Assembly: GCA_964035545.1 (NCBI GenBank) | Contig: OZ037772.1 | Location: forward strand, 9,541,150 to 9,605,149 | From: Bugula neritina | Taxonomy: Eukaryota > Animalia > Bryozoa | Length of the DNA: 64,000 bases | Reading direction: 5' to 3' | Part shown: piece after piece, positions 37,518-52,022 of the stretch | How positions within the stretch are numbered: position 1 is the first letter of the stretch | Layout: the number at the start of each line of letters is the position of its first letter | Program-made: the position numbers and the translations under genes | The notes under the pieces: generated by a model | Databases searched by the model: none | What the model was told of the DNA's origin: nothing | The model's input: only the letters and a program-made list of their open reading frames with translations

Positions 37518-37735
37518 TCCTGCAAGTTTATAGTCATCATTCCTGTGAGAAATCTTGATGAAAAGAATTTATTTTAAAGCGGGCTAAGGACTTTTTCATA
37601 TGTAGCACAGGAGCAACTGCAGTGACTGCATTATTGATGCTTTTTCTGACATCACCAATAGCATTATAAATGGGGTTTGAATCTATAACCATGACTTCAA
37701 ATTTATTAAGCAAACACTCTAACCCCTAGACATAT
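37518..37735 (-). mobile_element. SINE family 1 copy
   Basis: GCAAGTTTATAGTCA...GCGGGCTAAGGAC...ACATCACCAAT...CTCTAACCCCTAGAC. Confidence 0.7.
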
Positions 37736-37876
37736 GGTGACATTATATACAATATAGCATTATCATTGATCTGCAGAATTTGAACAAGCAATATGAAAAA
37801 CTTGCAGCATAATTAGGCAAAAGCAAAAAGTTTGTAAACCTAAAACTCTGAGATATATCACCAGACGGTATGGGAA

Positions 37877-40364
37877 TCAAATTCCATGAACTTCCACTTC
37901 ATACAGGTTTAGAAGAGTTTCAGCATTAAACAGAATCTGAACAAAACGACCTCTGATTGATTGTTTACAAGTAACCAGAGTGTAGTATTGGTTAAGAACT
38001 CCATCATAGTAGTAACACAGGATTTCAGGGTTTGTTCCAGTAAATTCTATCTCTTCTTCTGTCATAGCTACTGTGACCTCAGCATTTATTGCCCTCTCCC
38101 ACCGAAGTTTTTTGCTGCCTTTAAAAGTTAACAATATATATTCTATAAAACTGTATTGCTCAAGATTTTTCATTCAAGTATACTATAGATATGCTATACG
38201 GAAGACTCAATTCAACGACAATGGAAAGACTTGCTCCCTTTGAATTAAACAGTGGAAAAATAGTTATTTGCGGTAAAAAAACTTATAAGATAGATTTTTC
38301 AACATTATGAGTAATACTGTTCTCACATATATGAGAAGTCTACTCCTGCAATGTAAATTTTAGACAAAGTAAGAATACGAATGATAATAATTAAATAATA
38401 CACAATTCGAATACTCGTACAACACACCATCTCCTCTGTTGAGGATGTTGACAGCCCAGACACAGTAAACATCAACCAGATCCACCCTCCACCAGGGTCT
38501 GTGTTCTTTTCTACTGTGTGCCATAGATGATGTCTCTACCCCCTTTTCAGTAAAAATACCATCAACAGCTTCTGATGCAGGATGCTCTTCGGGGTATTTA
38601 ACACTGGATAGTGTTGCTGGTTTACCTGCAGATAAAAAAAACATAAAACTCAATTAGCACTACTTTGAAAAACTTTTATTTTTTAAGTAATCTTCCTAAA
38701 GATCATACAAACACCTAATTTTGTAAGCTTTACTTAATTGATTATAGATGAAACAAACTTTTTTACAAATGTAAAAATGCATGAAACATGTTAGCAATCT
38801 CTGACAAAGTGTTTATATTTTACATATGGGAAGACAACTCTCACTGTTTTTTTTAAATGTTCAGTTTGATAATAAATGTATTTTATAGAAGCTTAAAAAG
38901 TGGTAAACTTATTATTAGGTATCAAAAACTAACAGAACATTTTTAAAATTATATCAGGCAGTTAATTATTGTTACCTCTCGCTAGAAGTTTGTTTGGGGA
39001 CTTGTTGGCTCTCTGTGAAATGAAGATATAGTAGTCTTCACTTCTCCCATTCCACTCTGTGAAGAGATGAGAATTCACACATTGCTTCAGGAAACATCTT
39101 TTATTCTGAACATCATAGACCATTCCTAAGCAATTCTCATCTTCTTTACAGTTCAGCAGACAGATTCCAACAACTTGACTGAATACTGATTCACCTGTCA
39201 TATGATCTGTGACTGACATGTTCTCTGGTACACTGTATCTTCTGAATCTGTTCCTGTCAGTGCTGCATTGGCTTGTGACAGGTGTCACAAGGTGCACTAA
39301 CACTAAAATAAATAATAAATACTTACTATAAATGACATAAAAGTTTGTTCAAACTGTACTAAAAGTATTCATCATTACCGTGCATTCGTTTAGTTTCTGA
39401 AAAAATTTTTAGTTCCCCAAATCAGCAAAATTACACTCAAAGAGAATGTAAATTTTGAAAAGTAAATTTACATCTATTTTTACATATACATACGTATGTA
39501 TAAAACCTTGAAAATAGAGTATTGGAATTACCCAGTAGCCCCTGTGGTATAATGATAAGGTACCAGCTTGCAAGCTTCCAATCCCAGCAGTGACAAAAAA
39601 TTTACATATATTAGTACTTTTTAATTGTATGTGTATATACTCGCAATCTTTATAATACTTAAGTTTAGCTAATAAAGTTTAAGTTCAACAGAGTAACTTG
39701 AAATTGCCAAACAAATGCTTTAGTATGATCCACACAACTTGTAGCCTATATATATTATTATGTATTATTATATTTCAATATATTATTATATTATTATTAT
39801 ATATTATATGTTATTATTATTTATTATATATTATTATTATATGTTATTATTATTATGTATATTATTATCATGTTATATTATTATATAACAAGCAAGTTTT
39901 CTTCAGTACTTGCATGTCAAAATTTTTGAAATAGAATAATATAAATTTTTAAAGTTTTTTTGTTTTATTTTCACGCTTAAAAATTTCATTTTATACTAAA
40001 CATATTAAATCAAATTTTACTAATCCTATACAAGTCAAGTATTGAATTATAGTAAAAAGTTAATTCAATTTTTATAATATTTCTACACTTTTTTTATATA
40101 AGATTTGTAAATTCTAATAAATATAATTTTATGTTTAATACAAAAGAAACTTTTCAAAATGAAAACAAAACAGAAAAATTTTGGAAAAATTTGCTTAGCT
40201 TTATTTATAGAATAAAACATTATGCAGTTATATTATAGCAATAGACATTGTCTAAGAACTTAATGAAAAAAAATATATTTAAAGATAAAATTAAAATAAA
40301 AAATAAAAGTAATTGGAGCAGTTTATATACCTGTAATGTAAGAAAGTGTAGTTAGACCCAACAT
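37877..40364 (-). CDS. Secreted PAN/apple + F-type lectin protein, paralogue C, 266 aa
   Basis: Exons 40331-40364 (MLGLTTLSYIT), 38976-39302, 38428-38625, 37877-38118; 801 nt, open frame, same intron positions as A and B; retains N-R-G-D. Confidence 0.85.
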
Positions 40365-41073
40365 TCTCTTACCAGTCTCTCTTATAACTGAATACTGAAT
40401 AATATAGTGGACTTGAAAGCCTGTTTTAAACTTCTTGAAAGTTTAATTGCTACATTGATTTTTCTACAAAAAATAATTATTATCTCATCAAACTATTCAC
40501 ACATCTCAAGCAATAACATGTCCGCCATGTTTATTCTTTTCTAAAATGAATCTGAATTTAATGAGATATTTAATGAATTGGAAAGTTGAATAAGATGCAA
40601 ATTTTTTTTTTGATAAGTTTACTCAAAAGATGAATAGCATAAAAACAAGTTTTATATTATTAGAAGCTATATAGTAGCTGAAAATATAGCAAAAGAATAA
40701 TATATACTCTTTAAAAGAAAAGACGACTCTTTTGATTTAACAGCTGAATGAGAAACTAATTTCAATGCTTTATTCACTGCAATTACATACAGCAAGACAT
40801 GATAGAATTGGTTGAAGAGACATCAATTAGGAGCAGATTTATATTTGGCACGTGAAAAATCTTTTTTAGGAAATTTAATTAAATAATTCAAAAATCATTA
40901 AATTATTAAGTTTTGGATCTGGTTACATGTTTGCCCATTAACTTACATACTCACAATTCTCTACTAACTTGGTTTTACTACTCAAGTGGCAACGATATTA
41001 TCATATTCTTTGTTTTAAGATTAGTATTTTAATATACATGCATTTGTCTCATGATCAAAAATCATGGGCTACC

Positions 41074-41155
41074 GAGCTAAAAATAAAACTCAGCTGAGCT
41101 AAAATTAAACTTAGCTGAGCTAAAAATAAACTCAACTGAGCTAAAAGTAGCTAAA
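41074..41155. repeat. About 21-bp tandem repeat (GAGCTAAAAATAAACTCAGCT)n, about 4 copies
   Basis: Direct reading. Confidence 0.8.
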
Positions 41156-42060
41156 ATGGCTCATACCCTAGTCAAAACAAGTAAAATCAGAAGTTTTCAC
41201 ACTATGCATGTTAAAAACATCCATAAAACAGAATTACAAAACTTTTTTTTCCGATCTAAAAAAATAATTGCAACTTTTCAAAAATTACTATATTAGGTCT
41301 TGCAACCTCATTTTCAACAAAAGATAAAAGCTTGTTAATCCTAATTTTAACTTGCAGATCAGGTTTTTGTTGCTGCATGTTATATACAAGAGTTATTGAA
41401 ACATAATTTGTTGATAACTATATTGGTTTTGATGCCTCCACTTTGCAACATGGCTTGTTGATTGACACTATAATTCATATGGATAAATATTTGAGTTGTG
41501 TTCGACTTTTATTGTCTTATATAATAATATTAAGTGCACTCATCGTATTCACAAACATAAAAAAGTACAATTTTTTTCAATTTGCTGTAAAAAGATAAAT
41601 CACATTGTGGAAAACAATCAACTTAAAATAGATTAAAGCAAAGCGAGTGATCAATAAATACATAAATATATGCATGTAGCTATAATAAAGTCTTTCTTAG
41701 AAGCAACTAAAATAATATATTGTTTTTAATTACAAATAATAGAGCAACACAATATTTGAACAATAACTGGAAAAATAACATGAATTTATTCAATAGGCAG
41801 TTAATATATATATTAGTTGGGTACAATTGAACTGATCTCATAGACCAAGTACAGGAAAAAAAATTGTTATGGATTTTCTGGAAAGCCTGAATATATATAG
41901 TTATAACCAGTTAGAAAAACAGCTTTAACTTAATAGCTAATGTAGTAAAAAACAGAGGTATATTTTCTTAAATAGAGGGAATGGCGTAAATAATTAGAGA
42001 GAATTGATTTTTATGCATTTGATTATTATCATATAGCATATTTATTAATAAATCATAAAT

Positions 42061-43306
<1,246 letters not shown>

Positions 43307-44630
43307 GATAAGCAATTCAAACTGAAATTAGGCTCTGTTATTGCTGCCAGCTGTTGCTGCCAGCTGTTGCTGTCTGTTCCTCCTGAACACAAATGTTATT
43401 AGACTATACTTAGCCTCATCTACTGGTAATATACTGGATTAGTAAATGCTTTATTTATGAATGAATCAATTTATCTAATCATATTTTGTCAATTGTCAAG
43501 AAGCAGCTCATGCAGTGCAAGTTTCTACTGAAAAGAATTAATTCTAACCAACAGCCATATTTCCTTATTCTTTATAGCAACTCAATGGAGAGTAGATTCA
43601 AACTTTGTATAAAAACTTAAACAATACAATCCATTGAAAGTATTGGCACTTCGCAAGATATCTCATGTTTTAGTTATTTATTCCCAATAGAGGTGTACTG
43701 GCTTACTCAGTTGATATCTTCTTATTGAGCTGTTAATTTCATTTATTTAAACTCATTTGAGAATAATGAATGTGACCAACAGAGGAATGAAAGCAATAAT
43801 ATTAAATGACTTTATTTATAGTTAATAATTATATTCCAGCCACGGTGAAAGATGACCATTATTAGTTAATATATTAATTATTATACTGCACTAGTGAACA
43901 ATTATAGCTTGTAAAGCTATAATAGTTAGTTCAGCTTTTTACAACTCTGTTGGGAACACCAACTATTGATGTAATGGCTTTCTGAATAAAATTGTAAAAA
44001 TTTATTCAGCTATAACCAGGGTATAAATTATAAGGTAGCAGTGTTAAAATTTTAGTTTAGTTTATTCTGATGACAAAAATAAAACAGTTAACTTGGGTCT
44101 TTGCTAGAAATATACAAGGTAACCAGGCTGTAACTTTGTAAATCTATAAATTTATTTAATCTTGAAAAAATAAATATAAATGACATAGCTTTCGAAAATG
44201 TTCATTGTAGCTAAGCAAATCAGCATTTTTCTCATCATCTTAGACAATATTATAATAAAAGTATCACACCCATATCATTTACAAAGAACGACAAAAAGTC
44301 ATTTGATTGTTACAGTACGTGACTATTCGGTCACAAAAAACTATACCTTCAGCTGAACATGTTATTTTCAACAACAAACCGAAGCCGTTTCAACCTTAAG
44401 TAAAATTCTATTTATAGCTACTCCATTTTAAATAAATGCAATTTTTGGTTATCCCATCCAGGTACTGCCATGATTCCCTTTCTTTACCTCGGCACTCCAC
44501 AGGTAGTAGATGGCAATGAGTCATGGTACAAATGTTTCAATAATTCCCCTGAATTAAAATTATTGATAAGCCATAACGTTGAAAGTATGTGCACACATTC
44601 ATATGCACATCACGCAAATAAATTATCACA

Positions 44631-44784
<154 letters not shown>

Positions 44785-44889
44785 ACAAAAGTAACATGAC
44801 ATATAAATGCCTGCAGTAAACGGAGATTATAAAAGTTGAAAGTCATGCTCAAGGTTGCCAATAGCAAAAGATTGAAAAAATATATTAAC

Positions 44890-45315
44890 CTGAATTAGAG
44901 ATGACATGAATAGTCTTTACTTTTTCTGATAGAACATAGAGTAACTCATTCTTATCACAACAGACGCTGCAGTTTCCTATGACATCATTACATACCCATA
45001 CAGTAGCAAGAGTTAGGTTTCCTACCCGATACTTGCTAACTTTGTCTTCACCCACTGCTAAAAGGTGACTATCTGGATGAAAATTAAGATTTTCTATTGC
45101 TTCATTCAATTTCAAAACTTTTTGGTGTTTAGAGGCAAGATTGTAAACAATTAGCTGATTGGAGTCTGGATTACAAAAAATATTTCAACTAAATATTTGG
45201 CATGTACTTGCACTGCTTTATACATAATATTATTTTGAAAAGTTTACCCAAACTACCCTTACCAGATATCAAACAAGATGCTTCCAACCTGCAAGCTAAG
45301 GTGCTACCTGTGACA
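44890..45315 (-). pseudogene. Orphan exon(s) resembling a beta-propeller (NHL/SGL-like) segment; gene fragment or pseudogene
   Basis: Open exon-like segment at about 44890-45165 (DSNQLIVYNL...NFHPDSHLLAVGEDKVSKYRV...SVCCDKNELLYVLSEKVKTIHVISNSG) with AG/GT ends, and a small in-phase upstream exon candidate at about 45263-45315. No complete gene could be built. Confidence 0.35.
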
Positions 45316-45726
45316 CTATAAGGGAGAGGGGTAGAAAATTATACCATAATGAAAAAATATTCAAATTGAGTATTATCAAATAGAAGACAACGCCTCAGTT
45401 GTGTTAGAACTTCGTATTTTTCATTTTATGTAACTTTGTTTCTAAAATTCATAACATAGTTTTTATTTATGCGAAAATTATTTAATATTTTAGCTACAAT
45501 CTATGAAGTACTAAATGGTAAACAGTTCCCTCATTATTATACCTCATCTGCTCACAATAGAACATCTAATCATTAATTCTTCTGGAATGAATGAATAAGA
45601 ACAGTATATGAGACTAAATAATAGAATAAGATCATGAATAATGAGGCTATGAGGGAAGAATTTAATGACTAGATCCTTTATAGTGAGCGTATGAGATATA
45701 ATAATAATTGAATTTTCAACCATTTA

Positions 45727-46137
45727 TTACCCATTGCAATTGGCCATGTAAGAAATTAAACTTTATTATAGGTTATTTGTTGACCTATATATTTTCTTAC
45801 CCATTACAATTGGCCATGTAAGAAATTAAACTTTATTATAGGTTATTTGTTGACCTATATATTTTATTACCCATTACAATTGGCCATGTAAGAAATTAAA
45901 CTTTATAGGTTATTTGTTGACCTATATATTTTATTACCCATTACAATTGGCCATGTAAGAAATTAAACTTTATTATAGGTTATTTGTTGACCTATATATT
46001 TTATTACCCATTACAATTGGCCATGTAAGAAATTAAACTTTATAGGTTATTTGTTGACCTATATATTTTATTACCCATTACAATTGGCCATGTAAGAAAT
46101 GAAACTTTATAGGTAATTTGTTGACCTATATATTTTA
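45727..46137. repeat. Minisatellite, 6 units of 67-70 bp
   Basis: Unit TTACCCATTACAATTGGCCATGTAAGAAATTAAACTT(TAT)TATAGGTTATTTGTTGACCTATATATTTTA starting at 45727, 45797, 45867, 45934, 46004 and 46071. Confidence 0.95.
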
Positions 46138-48231
46138 CAAACTACTCTCAACAATCATATCATATCTGATTGGATATTAGATTAAGATTTTATTAGCGGG
46201 TATCCTGCATGTATTGGATACCCAAAAAGCTACTGATGCATGGCTTTACTAAATATAGCTGTACCTACAAAATGCCGAAGTTTTAAGTTGCGTTCATACT
46301 TATGCTGAAAAAAGTGCCATGCCGAGTTTAAGTTAACCACACTCATCTGAGTACCCTTTTATAGTCTTATAGTAAAACTCCGTGAAAAAAATGCAAATTA
46401 TATGTTGTTAAATTCCATTGTTGATTAAAAAATCATCTTGAAAAGGAAGCAAATCATAATGTTTGACTTTTAAACCAAATAATTTTTTATGTCTTATTTT
46501 TAAACTACTAAAGATTTTTTCAATAATTAGGTTTAGGATGGGTAGATATACAAAGCTTATGTAATGACTATAGAAAATACATAAAGTATATAACATAACT
46601 ATACAGTGAATTATATGACAAATCATTCTCAACCAGAGGCCAGACAGTTTAAGAAGTGAATATAAAACATGAATGAGAGTAAGCCATAGTGAGTTGAGCG
46701 GATGAGTTTAATAAAGTAGAACCACATCAACTTTCTCATTCACCACAGGCACAGAGTGAGAGCATTAAAAACTAAGTACTTATATTTAATACAGAGTTAT
46801 TTTTCCAAGACGTAGGGGCAGCAACTCCTAATTCAGCAGGAAAAGGCCAACTTACATTTGATTCTTGAGTGCAGTACTCGTATTCATTTTCTATAACCAA
46901 ATCGAGACCTGAGTAGAGTAAATATAAAATTACTTTAGCATAATTATGCAATAAAATATAAACTCATGAATTTTCCGGCCTTTCATGAGCCGAGCTAAAT
47001 GCTACAATAATTTAGTCTACTTTTAAGGTATTTAATCTTTCACACAATAAATGTGAGATGAGAATAGATGAGCACTACAAATTACCTATAATAAAATGTA
47101 GTACCAATTTTTTTGAAACTAATTGGTCTTCTGCCAACTGCAGACTAAATTTATTTACTCTCTGCTCAATTTTAAAATAAATTCTCTAAATAAAATGCCG
47201 CAATGTTTTGTTTCAAGATTAGAATTACTTCCATATGTCTATCATATGCAAAACAATTTTTTTCAAAAATTTCCTAGAATTTGTAGTTGTATGCTCTTGC
47301 TATTGCATTATACCGGTTAAGTCAAATGCACGATTTTAAAATGTAACAACATGTGCATTATAATTGGCTATTAAAACTGTTATAAAGTAACATTTTTGAT
47401 AAAGTTTGTTTTATTTTAAATTACATCATATAGCTAAATGGCACTCAATGTGTTGAGTTTGATATTTTTGATGAAACAATATTATACTTAAGGTATTGAT
47501 TTACAGACTATAAATTATGTTTTTGCAACTTTCTGTTGTTCACCTGTTTTACAGCAACCCTACCATAGATTTAGCAGTTTGTCAATGTGATGGATTGGGT
47601 ATACTTAAGTAAGGTCACTTGGTATCTGTTTATGTTTTGTTTGCTCTATTATGAATATACAAGTACAACATCACCATGGTTACCAGAGAATAACTTATTT
47701 GAAAATGTATCCGTCTATAGTAGTTCTTTATCCGTTCATTTGTTATTCTTCTGATAAATACAGGTATAGCTCTGATTTTATAGTAACTTTGTATAATATA
47801 ATTGTAAATTTTTCATTGTTTTTGCCTAAATCTATTAAAAATGTCCCTAGCTGGAATGGAAGTTTGATTTGCATTCCCATATTTATAAACATACATTACG
47901 ATGATAAATGTATTACCAATATTTGAACATGATAAATTACATTATATATTAACCGAAAGAGAGACACCTACATGACAAAATACATATTATTTACATTATA
48001 TTTACCTGGCAGGTATCTTCTCACATAACAGTGATTTGAAGCAATTTGCTATATATCCTTTTAAGTTATATATAGCTATAACAAAGAGTTATCCCAATAA
48101 GGATTAAATCTTGCTGCAAATAACAAAAGGATTAGTCTATATTCTTAGAAAGCTAAGCTTATGTCATTTTGCACTTATTATCTCTAGTTTTAGTGTAATT
48201 ATCTATTTCTTCGCTTTATAATTCATGCATG

Positions 48232-48415
48232 TTTATAGCCACCATCCCTGAGAGAAACTCCTGACGGAAGGGCTAAGAACTTGTATTTAGATGAGGCACA
48301 GGAGTAGTTATGACTGGATGCTCTTCCTAACATCACCAATGGCCTTTGTCCAGGCTCGAACCCATGACTTTGTGTTTACTAGGCAAACGATCTAACCTCT
48401 AGACCATAGACATGC
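48232..48415 (-). mobile_element. SINE family 1 copy
   Basis: TTATGACTGGATGCTCTTCCTAACATCACCAATGGCCTTTGTCCAGGCTCGAACCC. Confidence 0.78.
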
Positions 48416-50117
48416 TCTCTTTGCTTTCTATCAATGCCATAATTGAAATATATCATCAGTTAAGTTATCCGTTAAACACGAAACTAATTGGCCAAGATAA
48501 AACTCTAGAATATAATAATTTCATAATTTAATTTGCGAGTCCTTTATAAGATGAATATCTATACTGGTTGTAGTTGTGCCAGTAGCCTATTTTTGTAAAA
48601 ACCATAAGTATTACCAAAACTTAAACCTTAACAAACTCCAATATCATATTTATACACTCATACTTTTAGCCATTATTAGAATTTCGACAATATATACAAA
48701 AAATACAGATTTTTGTGGTTTAAACAGCTGTGCTATACGTCATACAATTTCAAATTCTAGAAATTAAATTGTTTAGGTATATAATCAGATTTTTAAGAAG
48801 TTCTCACTAAAGCTGGTTCTATTTTATGCTAAGTTGCTAGTAATTACACTAATGTATACGTTTTCATCCTAAATTGATTATGAAGTTAGCAGTCTGAATG
48901 GTTTAGTTTTAGAACTAAAACTGTTTTTAAATTCATGATCACCCAATGTCTCATGATAAAATACAATGAATATAATATGTATTATTTAATTAATGTTGCT
49001 AGTAAAGTTACAGTGAAATACGGTTGCCCTTGAAGGACTGCAACAGCCTAAGTTGAAAAGGTGAAAAAGTAATCGCAAGTTTTGAAAAACTATGTTGTAC
49101 AGAATAATTAAAAAATTAAAAGACCAGTACTAAATAATTGCTGTAAAAATTTTACTAGAATCAGTTAGAAAAGGCCAAAAGTGAATCTTATATAATCTGA
49201 AAGTGTCATAAAACTTACAATTGAGTCAGTATTTTTTTTGAAGACTTAAATTTCATTTTCAAGTGAAAAATAGGTTTTACTGTATTATTACTGATTGACA
49301 CTAAAGTGAGAGTTATCCTCACAAACACAAAATGCATGTAGATGAGCTGCAAAATTTTGTTACTGAAAAACCTTTCCCCTTTCCCTACCGTAGAATTGTA
49401 GTGCTTCAAACATTCAATTTAGCACGGCTAACAATATGACGCTACAGTGGCTATTGAAAAATCTTAAAACTTCTGTTACAAACAGAGTTGTTCGGAAACA
49501 TTATATACCTTTGCTAAAATGTAACAAAGTAATTGAATTTAAATTAAGTTTAGCTGGTTATAAAATGCAGATAAATATAAACTTTCTATTTTATGCACAT
49601 GAAAAAAAATAAAATTAACAGACTGAGTACAAAGCGCAAATTCACAAAGAGTCATGTATAGCTAATTGAATTCAGCTCATTTAGTAATTATAAGAGCTTA
49701 AATCAAAAGCTGGTGTTGATTTAAACATGACTAATAAACATTGGAAGAAGTAACAAGCTCAAAACTAAATAAAATAATAAAATATCAGATTGAGCTATGT
49801 ATTTTTTTATTTGCAGTTCATGTTTATATCTACAAAAATTTAACCTTTTGATCGTATTCACTAACTCAACTCTTTAATATTCTGATTACTTGTTTTAAAG
49901 AAGACACACAGGCACCTGTAAAAATTATGTTTGCAGTTAAACTTGATTGAAACTATTGTAGTCATTAATAGAAATTTCAAAGCTTTAGTTTGCCTAAAAC
50001 TACGAAATAAATGTCACTCCTTGGTGCACCGCAAGCTGTTGAATCATAAAACTAAAGATAATAATGTTGTAAACGCAATGCTGTAATTTTTTTGCTGTAG
50101 TGAAATTACTATGCATT

Positions 50118-50325
50118 CAGTGGATGACCTCAGTCTAGAGGTTAGAGAGTTTGGCTTAGTAAACATTAGGTCATGGGCTTGAGCTTTTGTAAAGGCTATT
50201 GGTGATGTTAGGAAAAGCATCCAGTCATAATTGCTCCTGTGCCTCATCTGAATAAGTAGTTATCCCACTTTAAATGAAACTTTTTTCGTCAGGAATCCTC
50301 ATGGAGATAGTAACGGTAACCTTAC
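50118..50325 (+). mobile_element. SINE family 1 copy
   Basis: GTCTAGAGGTTAGAG...GGCTATTGGTGATGTTAGGAAAAGCATCCAGTCATAATTGCTCCTGTGCC. Confidence 0.75.
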
Positions 50326-51547
50326 AGGAGTTTAGTGAAAGGAGTCGAACATGAAGTATTCTAATTGTAGGCTAGGCTTACAACTTTATTGTCCGAACAC
50401 TGTGCAATATAAGAGCATGTAATATTACTGTAATAAGCAAGCATGTTTTGTAAAGCTCAGCAGGAGTCGTTGTACCTTGTTCCCAGTTCCTAGATTTGTG
50501 AAATATGCACTGCAAAAATGAAGTGATATAATTTTGCACTTGAGTTTTGAAGTGCGCCACAGTTTTTCAAATGGTTTTACAGGATTGCAAGAATGTATCA
50601 AGTTTTAGTACTTTCAACTTAGACAGAATGCAAATGACAGCGATTAACATTTCTTCAAAAGTGATAAAATAATTAAATATTAGTAATTATGTGATAGGAA
50701 GTTTCAGTAGGTTACCAAACTGTTTATAATATGCACACTTTACCACACCAGCAGTATACAAAGTATTTAAAAGAACTGATAATAATGCTGAAATTTAATA
50801 ATTTTTGGTAATGCTCTCCAAAGATACGCACTCTGTGCTTTGCTCTGCTTAAATGCACCTATTAACATCTCCCTATCTATATAGAATGCATTATTTCAAG
50901 TGGTGCGGTGCAAAGTGTTAATGTCGAAACCCTCTTTCGTGCCAAAATATAGTATAAATTCATTCAAATGAGCGCATTTCTAGGAATATCTACGGAGTTT
51001 AATGTATGTTCCTAGGAATATTTAATTACCAAGCAGCACCATCACTTTACTGGCAGTGTCGGCTAGTGCTACAGAGTAGGTGACTCATCTCATGTCAATG
51101 GTGGCCAGGTGCAGTTGGCTGTTTGATTGACACACTATTTTCCCCAAATCTCTCGTCTTAACAAATATCCCAAACAGTAAAGTCTTTGTTTAATAACCAG
51201 AGAAGCAATAAAATAAGTGAACAAATAACATTATTATTTGTTTTGTATCCGAAATAGGAAAACTATAGGCAAAAACGGCAACTAAAATAAGGACAACGCG
51301 CTTTAGGAGTTGATGCTTATGAAAAATTCCAGTTGTGCAAGACTCTGTCAGTTCGGTACTCTTCTTCAGCAAGCGGTTGCATTTTTAGAATATTTTTAGA
51401 AAGTTTTAGTCTCTACTTCATCTTTGGATTGCTAAAAAAAAATATAACAGAAATTCTTAGCCAATATCCTTGAATTCCAAAACATGTGTTTATAGCTATA
51501 AACCAATTCAATAATTTACCATAATATTTGAAACTCATACAATTTGA

Positions 51548-51745
51548 TTATAGTCACTATCCCTGCGAAAACCCCTAAAGAAAACTGTTCTTTAAAGCGG
51601 TCTAAGGACTAATTTGTATGTGGCACTGAGAATTATGACTGGAAGCTCTTCCTAACATCACCAATGACCTCTACTGGGGGTTAGAGCCCATGACATGGGT
51701 AGTGTTTACTAGGCAAACGCTTGAATCTCTAGACCACAGCTGCTC
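51548..51745 (-). mobile_element. SINE family 1 copy
   Basis: Reverse complement of the family consensus (ATTATGACTGGAAGCTCTTCCTAACATCACCAATG...CTAGACCACAGCTGCTC). Confidence 0.8.
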
Positions 51746-51811
51746 TATTCGTTAAACGCTTAGTTTACTACACCTCTAAACATTAAGCATGTAGCATATC
51801 TGCCTTTTAAC

Positions 51812-52022
51812 GTGGTCTAGGGGGTAAAGCGTTTGCCTAGTAAACACGACGGTCATGGGTTCGAGCCCTGACAAAGGCCATTGGTGATGTTAGGAAGAGC
51901 ATCCAGTCATAATTGCTCTCGTGCCTCATTTTAAATAATTCCTTAGCCCGCTTTAACAAAGACCCTTTCTACCAAGGGTTTCTCACAGGAATAGTGACTA
52001 TAAACTTGCGTGAGTTTTTTTT
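51812..52022 (+). mobile_element. tRNA-derived SINE, family 1, best-preserved copy with target-site duplication
   Basis: A-box GTGGTCTAGGGG, B-box GGTTCGAGCCC, central GGCCATTGGTGATGTTAGGAAGAGCATCCAGTCATAATT, T-rich end; TSD ATATCTGCCTTTT(T)AAC at 51796-51811 and 52023-52039. Confidence 0.85.

Noticed and set aside
45727-46137. CRISPR-like array
   Set aside because: The units are contiguous and near-identical with no unique spacers, there are no cas genes, and the context is eukaryotic; it is a minisatellite.
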